The notes beneath the pieces were generated by a model. The model was given only the letters and a program-made list of their open reading frames with translations. It had not been told where the DNA came from and did no database searches. The position numbers and the translations under genes were made by a program. DNA of 64,000 nucleotides from assembly GCA_963742735.1 (NCBI GenBank), contig CAVUMN010000002.1, positions 1 through 64,000 on the forward strand, read 5' to 3'. Every line of letters starts with the position of its first letter. Positions within the stretch are counted from its first letter, which is position 1. Positions 12,456 through 21,248 of the stretch are shown here, piece by piece. The stretch is from an uncultured Actinomycetes bacterium (GTDB lineage Bacteria; Actinomycetota; UBA4738; JBBDTT01).

Positions 12456-12484
12456 CTGCCCCGGGTGCCTGGCACCCGGGGCAG
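12456..12484. terminator. GC-rich hairpin between convergent genes, likely bidirectional terminator
   Basis: ctgccccgggtgcc-t-ggcacccggggcag perfect inverted repeat after the ino1 stop. Confidence 0.7.
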
Positions 12485-12504
12485 TCGCTTGTTCGGCCGC
12501 AGGT

Positions 12505-12618
12505 TCAGAAGCGGATCGCGTCGATGATCTTCACCCGCGCGGCGATCATCGCCGGGAGGATGCCCGCGATCGCGCCGACCGCGAGGGCTACGGCGAGGCC
12601 GAGGAACGCCGCCGAGAG
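12505..12618 (-). CDS. ABC transporter permease (FtsX/MacB-like), C-terminal fragment cut at the junction
   Basis: Minus strand reads ...[37 protein letters not shown], a typical permease C-terminus. Confidence 0.75.
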   Translation of the reverse strand, partial: LSAAFLGLAVALAVGAIAGILPAMIAARVKIIDAIRF

Positions 12619-12927
12619 CTCACCAAGCCGAAGAACGCGCTCGTGAAGCAGTACCACAAGTTCTTCGAGTTCGACGGTGTGGAGCTCGAGTTCACCGACG
12701 ACGCGCTCGAGGCGGTCTCGGAGCAGTGCCTGCTCCGGGGGACCGGCGCCCGCGGCCTGCGGGCGATCCTCGAGGAGGTCCTGCTGAACGTGATGTACGA
12801 GCTGCCGTCGCGCCGCGACGTCACCAAGTGCAAGATCGACCGCGACGTGGTGCTCTCCGGCGTGAACCCGACGCTGGTGCCGCGGGTCGAGCCCGCGCCG
12901 CGCCAGCGCCGCGAACGCTCCGCCTAG
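12619..12927 (+). CDS. clpX: ClpX ATPase, C-terminal fragment
   Basis: [12 protein letters not shown]...LEFTDDAL...[23 protein letters not shown]. Confidence 0.92.
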   Translation, partial: LTKPKNALVKQYHKFFEFDGVELEFTDDALEAVSEQCLLRGTGARGLRAILEEVLLNVMYELPSRRDVTKCKIDRDVVLSGVNPTLVPRVEPAPRQRRERSA

Positions 12928-12977
12928 GTTCTCCTCCCTTCCGCTTGGTGGGCCAAGCGGGCTGCTAGGCTTTCCAC

Positions 12978-13331
12978 ATGGCCGAGGAGGACCAGCCCAA
13001 GGGCGGGCTCGGGGAGTTCGTCAAGAACCAGCGCCGGCTGGCGAACCTGTCGATGCGTGAGCTCGCCCGCATCGCCGAGGTCTCGAACCCATACCTCTCC
13101 CAGATCGAGCGGGGGATCTACAAGCCCTCGGCCAAGGTCCTGAAGTCGATTGCCGGCGCGCTCAACGTGAGCGCGGAGACGCTGTTCGCCAAGGCCGGAC
13201 TGCTCGAGGAGGACCCCGACGCCGACCTCGCCCACGGCGTGGAGGGCGCGGTGAAGGCCGACCCGCGCCTGAGCGCGGAGCAGAAGCGGTCCCTGCTGCA
13301 GATCTACCGCAGCTTCGTCGAAAACGCTTGA
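12978..13331 (+). CDS. XRE family HTH regulator (Rv0474-like)
   Basis: LGEFVKNQRRLANLSMRELARIAEVSNPYLSQIERG...ADPRLSAEQKRSLLQIYRSF. Confidence 0.9.
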   Translation: MAEEDQPKGGLGEFVKNQRRLANLSMRELARIAEVSNPYLSQIERGIYKPSAKVLKSIAGALNVSAETLFAKAGLLEEDPDADLAHGVEGAVKADPRLSAEQKRSLLQIYRSFVENA

Positions 13332-13348
13332 TTTTTCTCGCGTTTCGC

Positions 13349-13378
13349 TTGACAAACCGCGCGAATGCTTGGTAAATT
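13349..13378 (+). promoter_or_regulatory. SigA-type promoter with extended -10
   Basis: TTGACA (13349) - 18 nt - TAAATT (13373) preceded by TGn. Confidence 0.75.
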
Positions 13379-13421
13379 TAGCGCCGTACAGGGGACGAAC
13401 CAACCGAAAGGAGACGTTCCC

Positions 13422-13751
13422 ATGACTGAGATCACCAAGATCGCGGACAAGGCGGGCGACCAGGCCCTCGAGACCGTGAAGCGTGGCTACGGGATCGGCG
13501 TCGACGCGGTGTCCACGGTGAGCGACTGGGTTGGCGAGCGCCTCCCGCAGCTCCCCGAGGTTCCCTACGCGGAGAGCCTTCCCACCCCGCGTGAGCTGAC
13601 GAAGTTCGGCTTCGACCTCGCGCAGGACATCCTGAAGCTGCAGCGTGACTACGCGTTCGGCCTGCTCGACGCGATCGAGCCGGTGACCAAGAAGGTCGTG
13701 CCGTCGTTCGCGAAGGCTCGTCCGGCCGCCGCCAAGAAGGCTGCTGCCTAA
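13422..13751 (+). CDS. Small amphipathic helical protein with Lys/Ala tail (HBHA/phasin-like)
   Basis: AAAGGAG RBS; helical body; C-terminus KARPAAAKKAAA; follows an Rv0474-like regulator. Confidence 0.6.
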   Translation: MTEITKIADKAGDQALETVKRGYGIGVDAVSTVSDWVGERLPQLPEVPYAESLPTPRELTKFGFDLAQDILKLQRDYAFGLLDAIEPVTKKVVPSFAKARPAAAKKAAA

Positions 13752-13780
13752 CACCAGGCATCAAGGGGAAGTCGCGATCA

Positions 13781-13810
13781 GGCCCCCGGGCTCAGCCCGG
13801 GGGCTTTCGC
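13781..13810 (+). terminator. Intrinsic terminator
   Basis: gcccccgggc-tca-gcccgggggc followed by ttt. Confidence 0.75.
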
Positions 13811-13866
13811 GTGTCCGGGACCCGGTCGGTCGACGGTTCGAGCGATCACTCGTAGAGTGAACTCTC

Positions 13867-14583
13867 GTGAAGAAGTACCGCGTCGAGCAGCTCGCCGCCG
13901 CCTGTGACGTGTCGGTGGACACGATCCGCTACTACCAGTCGCGCAACCTGCTCCCGGCGCCGGAGCGCGAGGGCCGCGTCGCGGTCTACGGGCCCGAGCA
14001 CGCCGCCCGGATCCGCGAGATCAAGGCCCTCAAGTCCAAGGGCCTGAGCCTGGCCGTCATCGCGCGGGTAGTGAGCGGCGACCTGGACCGCGCCGACCGG
14101 GAGCTGGCCGCGGCGGTGGCCTCAGCCCGCGGCGAGGCCGACGAGCTCATCACCCTGGAGGAGCTCGCCGAGCGAAGCGGCGCGCCGCTGGGACTGCTGC
14201 GCGCGGTCGAGCCGGCGGGGCTCAACCTCTCCCAGCGGGTGGACGGCGAGGACCGGTACACGGCCTCCGACGTCGAGTTCGTTCGCCTGGCCATGCGCCT
14301 GCTCCAGACGGGCCTGCCCCTCGACGAGCTCCTGGAGCTGGCCCGGGACCACCACGCCACGACGGTCCAGCTCGCCGAGAGGGCGGTCGACCTGTTCGAC
14401 CGCCACGTCCGCGAGCCGCTCAAGGACGAGGCGTCGGGGGAGGCCTCGGGGGAGCGCGTCGTCGAGGCGTTCCGGGAGCTCTTGCCGGCCGTGACGGCGC
14501 TCGTGTCGCATCACTTCCGCCGCGTGCTCCTCGCCGCGGCGGAGGATCGCCTGGAGCAGCGGAAGTCCGCGGAGGTCTCGTGA
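13867..14583 (+). CDS. MerR family regulator
   Basis: YRVEQLAAACDVSVDTIRYYQSRNLLPAP; second HTH-like segment. Confidence 0.9.
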   Translation: MKKYRVEQLAAACDVSVDTIRYYQSRNLLPAPEREGRVAVYGPEHAARIREIKALKSKGLSLAVIARVVSGDLDRADRELAAAVASARGEADELITLEELAERSGAPLGLLRAVEPAGLNLSQRVDGEDRYTASDVEFVRLAMRLLQTGLPLDELLELARDHHATTVQLAERAVDLFDRHVREPLKDEASGEASGERVVEAFRELLPAVTALVSHHFRRVLLAAAEDRLEQRKSAEVS

Positions 14584-15281
14584 CGCGCCGGCGGACGCCG
14601 CCGGCGCTGCCCGCCGCCAAGGACAAGGCCGCGACCGTCCAGAGGATGTTCGACCGCGTGGCCCGCCGCTACGACCTCCTCAACCGGATGCTCACCTTCG
14701 GCATGGACGTCCGGTGGCGGCGGAAGGTCATCCGCGACCTGCGCCTCGCCCCCGGGAGCATGGTCCTGGACCTCGCGTGCGGGACCGGCGACCTGATGGC
14801 CGAGGCGTCCCGGGCCGGGCATCGCGCGGTGGGCTTCGACTTCTCGGCGGGGATGCTCGCGGCGGCGCGGGGGCGCCGCCCGCTCGTTCGCGCCGACGTC
14901 CTGGCCATCCCGGTGCGCGACGGCGCGGCCGACGGGATCACCTGCGGCTTCGCGCTACGGAACGTGGTCGATCTCCCGACGCTGTTCCGCGAGTCGGCCC
15001 GCGTCCTGCGTCCTGGCGGGCGGGCGGCGTTCCTGGAGACGGCCGAGCCCGAGGGCCGGGTGATGCGCGCCGGCCACGCCGTCTACTTCAAGCGAGTGGT
15101 GCCGTTCGTCGGCGGGCTCGTGTCGGACCGGGCCGCGTACCGCTACCTGCCCGCGTCGATGGCCTATCTGCCGTCCGGCGACCAGCTCGTGGCGCAGATG
15201 CGCGAGGCAGGGTTCCTCGACGCGCGCCGCGAGGCGCTTTCCGGCGGGATCGCGCAGCTGTTGATCGGGACGCGGTCGTGA
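14580..15281 (+). CDS. menG: Demethylmenaquinone methyltransferase (UbiE/MenG)
   Basis: MFDRVARRYDLLNRMLTFG, VLDLACGTGD, FALRNV, AYRYLPAS. Confidence 0.92.
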   Translation: MTRRRTPPALPAAKDKAATVQRMFDRVARRYDLLNRMLTFGMDVRWRRKVIRDLRLAPGSMVLDLACGTGDLMAEASRAGHRAVGFDFSAGMLAAARGRRPLVRADVLAIPVRDGAADGITCGFALRNVVDLPTLFRESARVLRPGGRAAFLETAEPEGRVMRAGHAVYFKRVVPFVGGLVSDRAAYRYLPASMAYLPSGDQLVAQMREAGFLDARREALSGGIAQLLIGTRS

Positions 15282-16417
15282 GCGTGCCCGCCGGGTCCGT
15301 GCGGCACTTCCTGGACGGCTTCGATCCGTCACGTGACGTCCTCTTCGGGCGGGTGGCCGACTCCGTGGCCGCCGGCGGGGTCGCTCAGGTCATCGACGTT
15401 CCGCCGGGGAAAGACCAGGTAGTCCTGGCCGCCGACGCCGCGGCCGTCGCGACGGCGGAGTGGGGTCTGGTGGCCGGCGCGCTTCCCTTCCGGCCGGATC
15501 GTCCCGCGAGGCTCGTTGCACCCGCGCGCACCTTCCGCGTGCCCACGGACGAACGAGCGCCCGGCTCTCCGGCGCCGTGGACCGGCCGCGGCCTCAGCAT
15601 GCGCGCGGAGCCCTCGCTCGAGTCCTACCGGCGAGGGGTGGCGGAGGCGGTGCGCCGGATCGAGTCCGGCGCGTTCGAGAAGGTGGTGCTCGCGCGGTCG
15701 CTCGTGGTCCGCGCAGCCCGGCCGTGGGACGCCGTGGCGCTGCTGCGGCGCCTCCGTGCGGCCGACCCTGAGAGCTACACGTACTCCGTGCCCGACGGCG
15801 ATGCCGTCCTGGTGGGCGCGTCCCCGGAGCTGCTGGTCAGCCGCCGGGGCCGCGAGGTCCGGACGAACCCGCTGGCCGGCTCGGCCCCGCGGACCGGCGA
15901 CCCCGCAGCCGACCGTGAGGCCGGCGCGAGATTGCTTGCGGACGCAAAGAATCGGCGGGAGCATCGCTTCGTCGTCGAGGCCGCCCGCGATGCCCTGGCC
16001 CCGTTCTGCGAGAGGCTCGACGTCGCCGCCGAGCCGGAGGTCCTGGCCACCGCGCGGGTGATGCACCTGTCCACGAGGATCCGAGGGCGACTTCGCGACC
16101 CCGAGCCCACCGCGCTGCACCTGGCGGCGGCGATGCACCCGACCCCCGCGGTGTGCGGGACGCCGACCGGCGCCGCCCTCGCCGCGATCGCCGACCTGGA
16201 GGGGATCGACCGCGGCCTCTACGCCGGGCTGGTGGGCTGGGTCGACGCCGCCGGTGACGGGGAGTGGGCGGTCACGCTGCGGTGCGCGGAGCTCCGCGGG
16301 GACACCGCCGTCCTGTTCGCCGGCGCGGGGATCGTCGATGGCTCCGAGCCCCAGCCCGAGCTCGACGAGACCGACGCGAAGCTGGCCACGCTGCTGGACG
16401 CGCTCGCCGCCGACTGA
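15278..16417 (+). CDS. menF: Isochorismate synthase
   Basis: KVVLAR, GASPELL, LAGSAPR, KNRREH, HPTPAVCG, FAGAGIV. Confidence 0.9.
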   Translation: MSVPAGSVRHFLDGFDPSRDVLFGRVADSVAAGGVAQVIDVPPGKDQVVLAADAAAVATAEWGLVAGALPFRPDRPARLVAPARTFRVPTDERAPGSPAPWTGRGLSMRAEPSLESYRRGVAEAVRRIESGAFEKVVLARSLVVRAARPWDAVALLRRLRAADPESYTYSVPDGDAVLVGASPELLVSRRGREVRTNPLAGSAPRTGDPAADREAGARLLADAKNRREHRFVVEAARDALAPFCERLDVAAEPEVLATARVMHLSTRIRGRLRDPEPTALHLAAAMHPTPAVCGTPTGAALAAIADLEGIDRGLYAGLVGWVDAAGDGEWAVTLRCAELRGDTAVLFAGAGIVDGSEPQPELDETDAKLATLLDALAAD

Positions 16418-16427
16418 CGGGGGCCCG

Positions 16428-18122
16428 TCAGGCCAGCGCGCCGGCGACCGCGTCCGTCACGGCGCGGTGCTCCGCGACGTTGTGGCGGCGCCTCGTAGGG
16501 ATCTCGATGACCGAGACGCCGCCGCGGACCGTGTGCTGGTCCAGCGCCGCCCCCAGCTCGATGGCCCGGGCGATCCGCGTGTGGTGGGCTCCCGCCGACT
16601 CGGCGACGGCGCCGAGGTCGGTCCCGTGGGGGGTCACGAACAGCTCGAGGCTCTCCGGCAGCCGGGCCTGGGGAAGGAACGAGAAGATCCCTCCGCCGTC
16701 GTTGTTCACCACGACGAACGCGGCGTGAAAACCCGGCGCGTTCCAGATGAGCGACCCAACATCGTGCAGGAACGAGAGGTCGCCGATCAGGCCGTAGGCC
16801 GGCAGGCCCTCAACGGAGGCTCCGAAGATCGACGAGACCGCGCCGTCGATGCCGCTCGCGCCGCGGTTGCCCATGAGGCGCACCCCGGCGCGCGGGGCCA
16901 TGAACGCGTCCAGGTCGCGGACGGGCATGCTCGACCCGGCGAACAGCAGCGAGCCGTTCGGGACCGCGGCGGCCAGGTCGCGCGCCGCCCGCGCTTCGGA
17001 GGGCCGGTCGATCCCGTCCAGGACCACGGTCGCCGCGGCGGCCGCCCGGCCGTCGGCGTCGCGCCAGGCGGAGGACCACTCCGTCGCGCTGCGCGGGCCG
17101 CGCTCGTGCAGGGCGTCGAGGAGCAGCCCGCCGGGGTCGCCCTTGAAGGTGCGCCACGCGGCGCGGTCGGGGTCGGCCGGACGGCCGGGAGACTCGATCA
17201 CCACGAGCCGCTCCGCCGACACAACGAGCGACTGCACGAACCGGCTGGTCGGCGACGCTCCTACCTGGACCACGACGTCAGGGCGGTGAGCCGCGCGGAA
17301 CCTCTGGTCGGCTGCGAGCAGCGTGCCCGCCGCCAGGGCGAACGGCGGGATCCGCAGGCCTGACGTGGGCTCGGCCAGGAGCGGCCATCCGGTCGCCTCG
17401 GCCAGGGCCAGGACCGAGTCCGGCCCGGTGCCGGTGGGGAAGCCGCCCGCGACGATCAGGCCTCGTTCGACGGAGTCGATCAGCTCGCGCAGAACCTTCG
17501 CCTCATCGGAGTCGTGGGCTGGTGGCGTCGGCGACGCGTGGGGGAGGGCGACATCCGGCTCCAGGGAGACCGGTGCGCTCGTTGGGGTGAGCGGCTCGCG
17601 GAACGGCAGGTTGACGTGCACCGGCCCGGGCGCGACATCGACGGCCGCGAGGACCGTCCGTGCCCCGAGCGAACGCCACGCCGCCGCCGCCTCCGGCCCG
17701 GCCTCGGGGACGGGTGCGTCGACGGACCACCGTGGGTAACCGCCGAACAGGCCCACCTGGTCGATGGTTTGGTTCGCACCCACGTGGCGAAGCTCCGGCG
17801 GCCGGTCGGCGGTCAGTGCCAGCAGCGGGACGCCGTCCATCGAGGCCTCGACGACGGCCGGGAACAGGTTCGCGGCCGCGGTCCCCGACGTGGTGACCAC
17901 CGCGACGGGGCGGGCGCCGGCTCGTGCGAGCCCGAGCGCGAAGAACCCGGCCGCTCGCTCGTCGAGCTGCACGTGAACGCGCACCCCGCCGTGGCGGGCG
18001 AACGCCAGCGCCACGGGCGTCGACCGCGACCCCGGGCAGACGGCGACGTCCCGGACCCCCCCCCGGACGAGCTCGTCCACGAACACCGACGCGCACGCCA
18101 GCGCGACGTCGCCCTCGCCCAT
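16428..18122 (-). CDS. menD: SEPHCHC synthase
   Basis: CPGSRSTP, DERAAGFFALG, TSGTAAAN, TADRPPEL, NRGASGIDG, GDLSFLHD, NNDGGGIF. Confidence 0.95.
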   Translation of the reverse strand: MGEGDVALACASVFVDELVRGGVRDVAVCPGSRSTPVALAFARHGGVRVHVQLDERAAGFFALGLARAGARPVAVVTTSGTAAANLFPAVVEASMDGVPLLALTADRPPELRHVGANQTIDQVGLFGGYPRWSVDAPVPEAGPEAAAAWRSLGARTVLAAVDVAPGPVHVNLPFREPLTPTSAPVSLEPDVALPHASPTPPAHDSDEAKVLRELIDSVERGLIVAGGFPTGTGPDSVLALAEATGWPLLAEPTSGLRIPPFALAAGTLLAADQRFRAAHRPDVVVQVGASPTSRFVQSLVVSAERLVVIESPGRPADPDRAAWRTFKGDPGGLLLDALHERGPRSATEWSSAWRDADGRAAAAATVVLDGIDRPSEARAARDLAAAVPNGSLLFAGSSMPVRDLDAFMAPRAGVRLMGNRGASGIDGAVSSIFGASVEGLPAYGLIGDLSFLHDVGSLIWNAPGFHAAFVVVNNDGGGIFSFLPQARLPESLELFVTPHGTDLGAVAESAGAHHTRIARAIELGAALDQHTVRGGVSVIEIPTRRRHNVAEHRAVTDAVAGALA

Positions 18123-19054
18123 CAGCCGATGCCGTACAGCGGGAACACCAGTCCGGCGGCCAGGAGCAGCCCGAACAGCGCGTGCAGCGCGGCGGTGGCC
18201 AGCAGCACGCGGACCAGGTCCCGCCCCTGCGCCCGCCGCGACCGGCGCAGCGCGACCACCGACAGGGGGATGGAGAGCAGGGCCAGGAGGGCGGTCGTGG
18301 GAAGGGCCGCCGAGAGCACGCCGATGATGACGAGGACGTACGCGCCGACGACGCTCACCGCGTACAGCGTGCGGGTGGCGGTGTCGCCGAGGCGTACGGC
18401 GAGGGTCCGCTTGCTCGCGGCGGCGTCCGTGGCGATGTCGCGGAGGTTGTTCGCGACCAGGATCGCCACCGCCAGCAGCCCGACGGCCGCGCCGGCCCAC
18501 CACGCCGCCGGGCCCGGCCCGGTCGTTCCAACCTCGCCGAACACCGACTCCAGGACCTCGCGCTCCGCCTCGACCTGGACGTAGCCGGAGCCGACGGTGG
18601 CGATCAGGCCGAAGAACACGAACACCGCCAGCTCGCCCAGGCCGAGGCCGGCGTACGGCTTCGGGCCTCCGGAGTAGAGGACCGCGCCGAGGAGACACGC
18701 CGCGCCGACGGCGACGAGCCACCAGGTCGTCAGTGCCGCCAGCGCAAGGCCTGCCGCGGCGGCGACGGCGAAGGCCACGCCGGCGGCGATGGCGACGTTT
18801 CGGGGGGTGGCCATTCCGCTCGCCACCAGCCGTGGCGGGCCCAGCCGCTCGGCCGTGTCCACGCCCTTCACGCCGTCGAAGTAGTCGTTCGCGTAGTTGA
18901 CGCCGACCTGCAGCCCCAGCCCCACCAGGAGCGCCATCACCGCGCGGCCGTACGAGACGATGCCGCCGGCGACCGTCCCCACGACGACGGGGACGATCGA
19001 GGCGCCGAGGGTTCGCGGCCGCGCGCCGAGCCAGAACGCGCGGGCCCGCGTCAC
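18122..19054 (-). CDS. menA: DHNA polyprenyltransferase
   Basis: [16 protein letters not shown]...[13 protein letters not shown]...KRTLAVRLG. Confidence 0.95.
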   Translation of the reverse strand: MTRARAFWLGARPRTLGASIVPVVVGTVAGGIVSYGRAVMALLVGLGLQVGVNYANDYFDGVKGVDTAERLGPPRLVASGMATPRNVAIAAGVAFAVAAAAGLALAALTTWWLVAVGAACLLGAVLYSGGPKPYAGLGLGELAVFVFFGLIATVGSGYVQVEAEREVLESVFGEVGTTGPGPAAWWAGAAVGLLAVAILVANNLRDIATDAAASKRTLAVRLGDTATRTLYAVSVVGAYVLVIIGVLSAALPTTALLALLSIPLSVVALRRSRRAQGRDLVRVLLATAALHALFGLLLAAGLVFPLYGIG

Positions 19055-19866
19055 GGCCGTTTGGGGAACCTCGAGAAGTCGGGGTCGCGCTTCTCGACGT
19101 AGGCGTCGCGGCCCTCTTGCGCCTCCTCGCTCATGTAGAAGAGCAGGGTCGCGTCGCCGGCGAGCTGCTGGATGCCGGCGAGCCCGTCGGTGTCGGCGTT
19201 GAACCCCGCCTTCAGCATCCGCAGGGCGAGGGGGCTCATCTCGAGCATCCGCTCGCAGACCTTCACCGTCTCCTCCTCGAGCCGCTCCAGCGGCACCACT
19301 CGGTTCACCAGCCCCCAGTCGAGCGCGGTTTCGGCGTCGTACTGCTCGCACAGGAACCACACTTCCTTGGCCCGCTTCATCCCGATGGTCCGGGCCAGCA
19401 GGCCCGAGCCGTATCCCGCGTCGAACGAGCCGACCATGGGCCCGGTCTGGCCGAACCTCGCGTTCTCCGCCGCGATCGTCAGGTCGCAGACCAAGTGCAG
19501 GACGTGGCCGCCGCCGATCGCGTAGCCCGCCACCATGGCCACCACCGGCTTGGGCAGGCGGCGGATCTGGACCTGGAGGTCCAGGACGTTGAGGCGGCCG
19601 ATGCCCTGGTCGTCGCGGTACCCGTCGTCCCCGCGGACGCGCTGATCGCCGCCAGAGCAGAACGCCTCGGGCCCCTCACCCGTGAGGACGATCGTGCCGA
19701 TGCCGGGGTCGTCGCGCGCCAGGTCGAACGCCCGCGACAGCTCGAACAGCGTCTTCGGACGGAACGCGTTGCGGACCTCGGGGCGGTTGATCGTGAGCTT
19801 CGCGATCCCGCCGGAGGTCTCGTACCGGATGTCCTCGAACCCGTCCTGGGGGCTCTTCCACTCCAT
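19051..19866 (-). CDS. menB: 1,4-dihydroxy-2-naphthoyl-CoA synthase
   Basis: [42 protein letters not shown]. Confidence 0.97.
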   Translation of the reverse strand: MEWKSPQDGFEDIRYETSGGIAKLTINRPEVRNAFRPKTLFELSRAFDLARDDPGIGTIVLTGEGPEAFCSGGDQRVRGDDGYRDDQGIGRLNVLDLQVQIRRLPKPVVAMVAGYAIGGGHVLHLVCDLTIAAENARFGQTGPMVGSFDAGYGSGLLARTIGMKRAKEVWFLCEQYDAETALDWGLVNRVVPLERLEEETVKVCERMLEMSPLALRMLKAGFNADTDGLAGIQQLAGDATLLFYMSEEAQEGRDAYVEKRDPDFSRFPKRP

Positions 19867-19917
19867 GAGCATCGACTCCTAGAGCGTTCACTCGAACATT
19901 CGCTAGCCTATCGAACC

Positions 19918-21090
19918 GTGGAGATGTCGTGGGCGGACGTGGGCCCGGGGGACCTGGTGGTCACCGAGGAGCCGCTGAGCCCGGCCTGGCCCGACATCGT
20001 CCGGGCCGCCTGGGAGTGCGGCGCCGCGCTCCTGCCGATCGACCCGCGCCTCACCCCGGGGGAGAGCACGCGGATCATGGAACGGGCCCGCGCCACCCAC
20101 CGCCGGGGCTCCGAGGGCGAGCTGCTCCCGCTGGTCGACCCCGAGCCGGTCGCCGAGGACACCGCGCTCGTCGTGGCCACGTCCGGGACCTCGGGCGAGC
20201 CGAAGCTCGTGGAGCTCTCTCGCGACGCGGTCGCCGCTGCGGTGGCCGCCTCCGCCGAGCGGATCGGGACCGGGCCGTGGCTGGCCTGCATGCCGCCCGC
20301 GCACATCGGGGGGCTGCTGGTGTTCCTGCGCGCGCTCCTGGGAGGCCAGCCGGTGACCGTCCACGACCGCTTCGACCCCGCGCGCGTCGCGGCCGAGGCC
20401 GGCGTGACCCACCTGTCCTTCGTCCCCACCATGCTGTACCGGCTGGTCGAGCACGCCGCCGACCTCTCCCGGTTCGAGGCCATCGTCATCGGCGGCGCCG
20501 GCCTGCCGCCGCCGCTCGCCGAGCGGGCCCGCGGGATGGGGGCCAACCTGGTCCGGACCTACGGCCAGACCGAGTCGGTGGGGGGGACCGTCTACGACGG
20601 GGTCCCGCTGGCAGGCACCGGGATGCGGGTCGTCGACGGGGAGGTGTGGCTGTCGGGCCCCACGCTGATGCGCGGCTACCGCCGCGACCCGGCCGCCACC
20701 GCCGCGGCCCTGACCGGCGACGGCTGGCTGCGGACCGGCGACGGCGGTGCGATCGGCCCCGACGGCCGGCTGCACGTGACCGGCCGGCTGGAGGACGTCG
20801 TCCTCACGGGCGGCGAGCTGGTCTGGCCGGCGGAGGTCGAGGCGGTCCTGCGGGAGCACCCCGGCGTGGCCGACGTCGCGGTCGCCGCGGTCCCCGACCC
20901 GGAGTGGGGCCAGCGCGCGGTGGCGTTCGTCGTGCCCGCCGACCCCGTCGCGCCGCCGGCGCTCGACGACCTCCGCGCGTTCGGTGCCGGGGCCCTGGCG
21001 ACGTACAAGCTGCCCCGCGAGGTCCGGCTCCTCGACGAGCTTCCCCGCAACCTGGCGGGCAAGGTGGTGCGCGGCCGCCTCCTACACTGA
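19918..21090 (+). CDS. menE: o-succinylbenzoate-CoA ligase (AMP-binding)
   Basis: TSGTSGEPK, HIGGL, TYGQTE, LRTGD, GKV; divergent from menB. Confidence 0.88.
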   Translation: MEMSWADVGPGDLVVTEEPLSPAWPDIVRAAWECGAALLPIDPRLTPGESTRIMERARATHRRGSEGELLPLVDPEPVAEDTALVVATSGTSGEPKLVELSRDAVAAAVAASAERIGTGPWLACMPPAHIGGLLVFLRALLGGQPVTVHDRFDPARVAAEAGVTHLSFVPTMLYRLVEHAADLSRFEAIVIGGAGLPPPLAERARGMGANLVRTYGQTESVGGTVYDGVPLAGTGMRVVDGEVWLSGPTLMRGYRRDPAATAAALTGDGWLRTGDGGAIGPDGRLHVTGRLEDVVLTGGELVWPAEVEAVLREHPGVADVAVAAVPDPEWGQRAVAFVVPADPVAPPALDDLRAFGAGALATYKLPREVRLLDELPRNLAGKVVRGRLLH

Positions 21091-21097
21091 GCGCTTC

Positions 21098-21232
21098 ATG
21101 CGCGCGCGGCGGCACCATCGGAACAACCTGCTGGGTCGAATGCTCGAGCACTCCGGCGTGTGGGTGCCCCTGCTCCTGGTGGTGCTGTTCCTGATCGCGC
21201 TCGCGCTCGGCGGACCCTCTCCGCGCTACTGA
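21098..21232 (+). CDS. Small single-pass membrane peptide (44 aa)
   Basis: MRARRHHRNNLLGRMLEHSGVWVPLLLVVLFLIALALGGPSPRY fills the menE-valS gap; TACACT 9 nt upstream. Confidence 0.45.
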   Translation: MRARRHHRNNLLGRMLEHSGVWVPLLLVVLFLIALALGGPSPRY

Positions 21233-21248
21233 TAGCCTTCGCGGTTCG

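Noticed and set aside
19890-19916. TCGAAC half-sites between menB and menE as a LexA box
   Set aside because: No correctly spaced GTTCG half-site.
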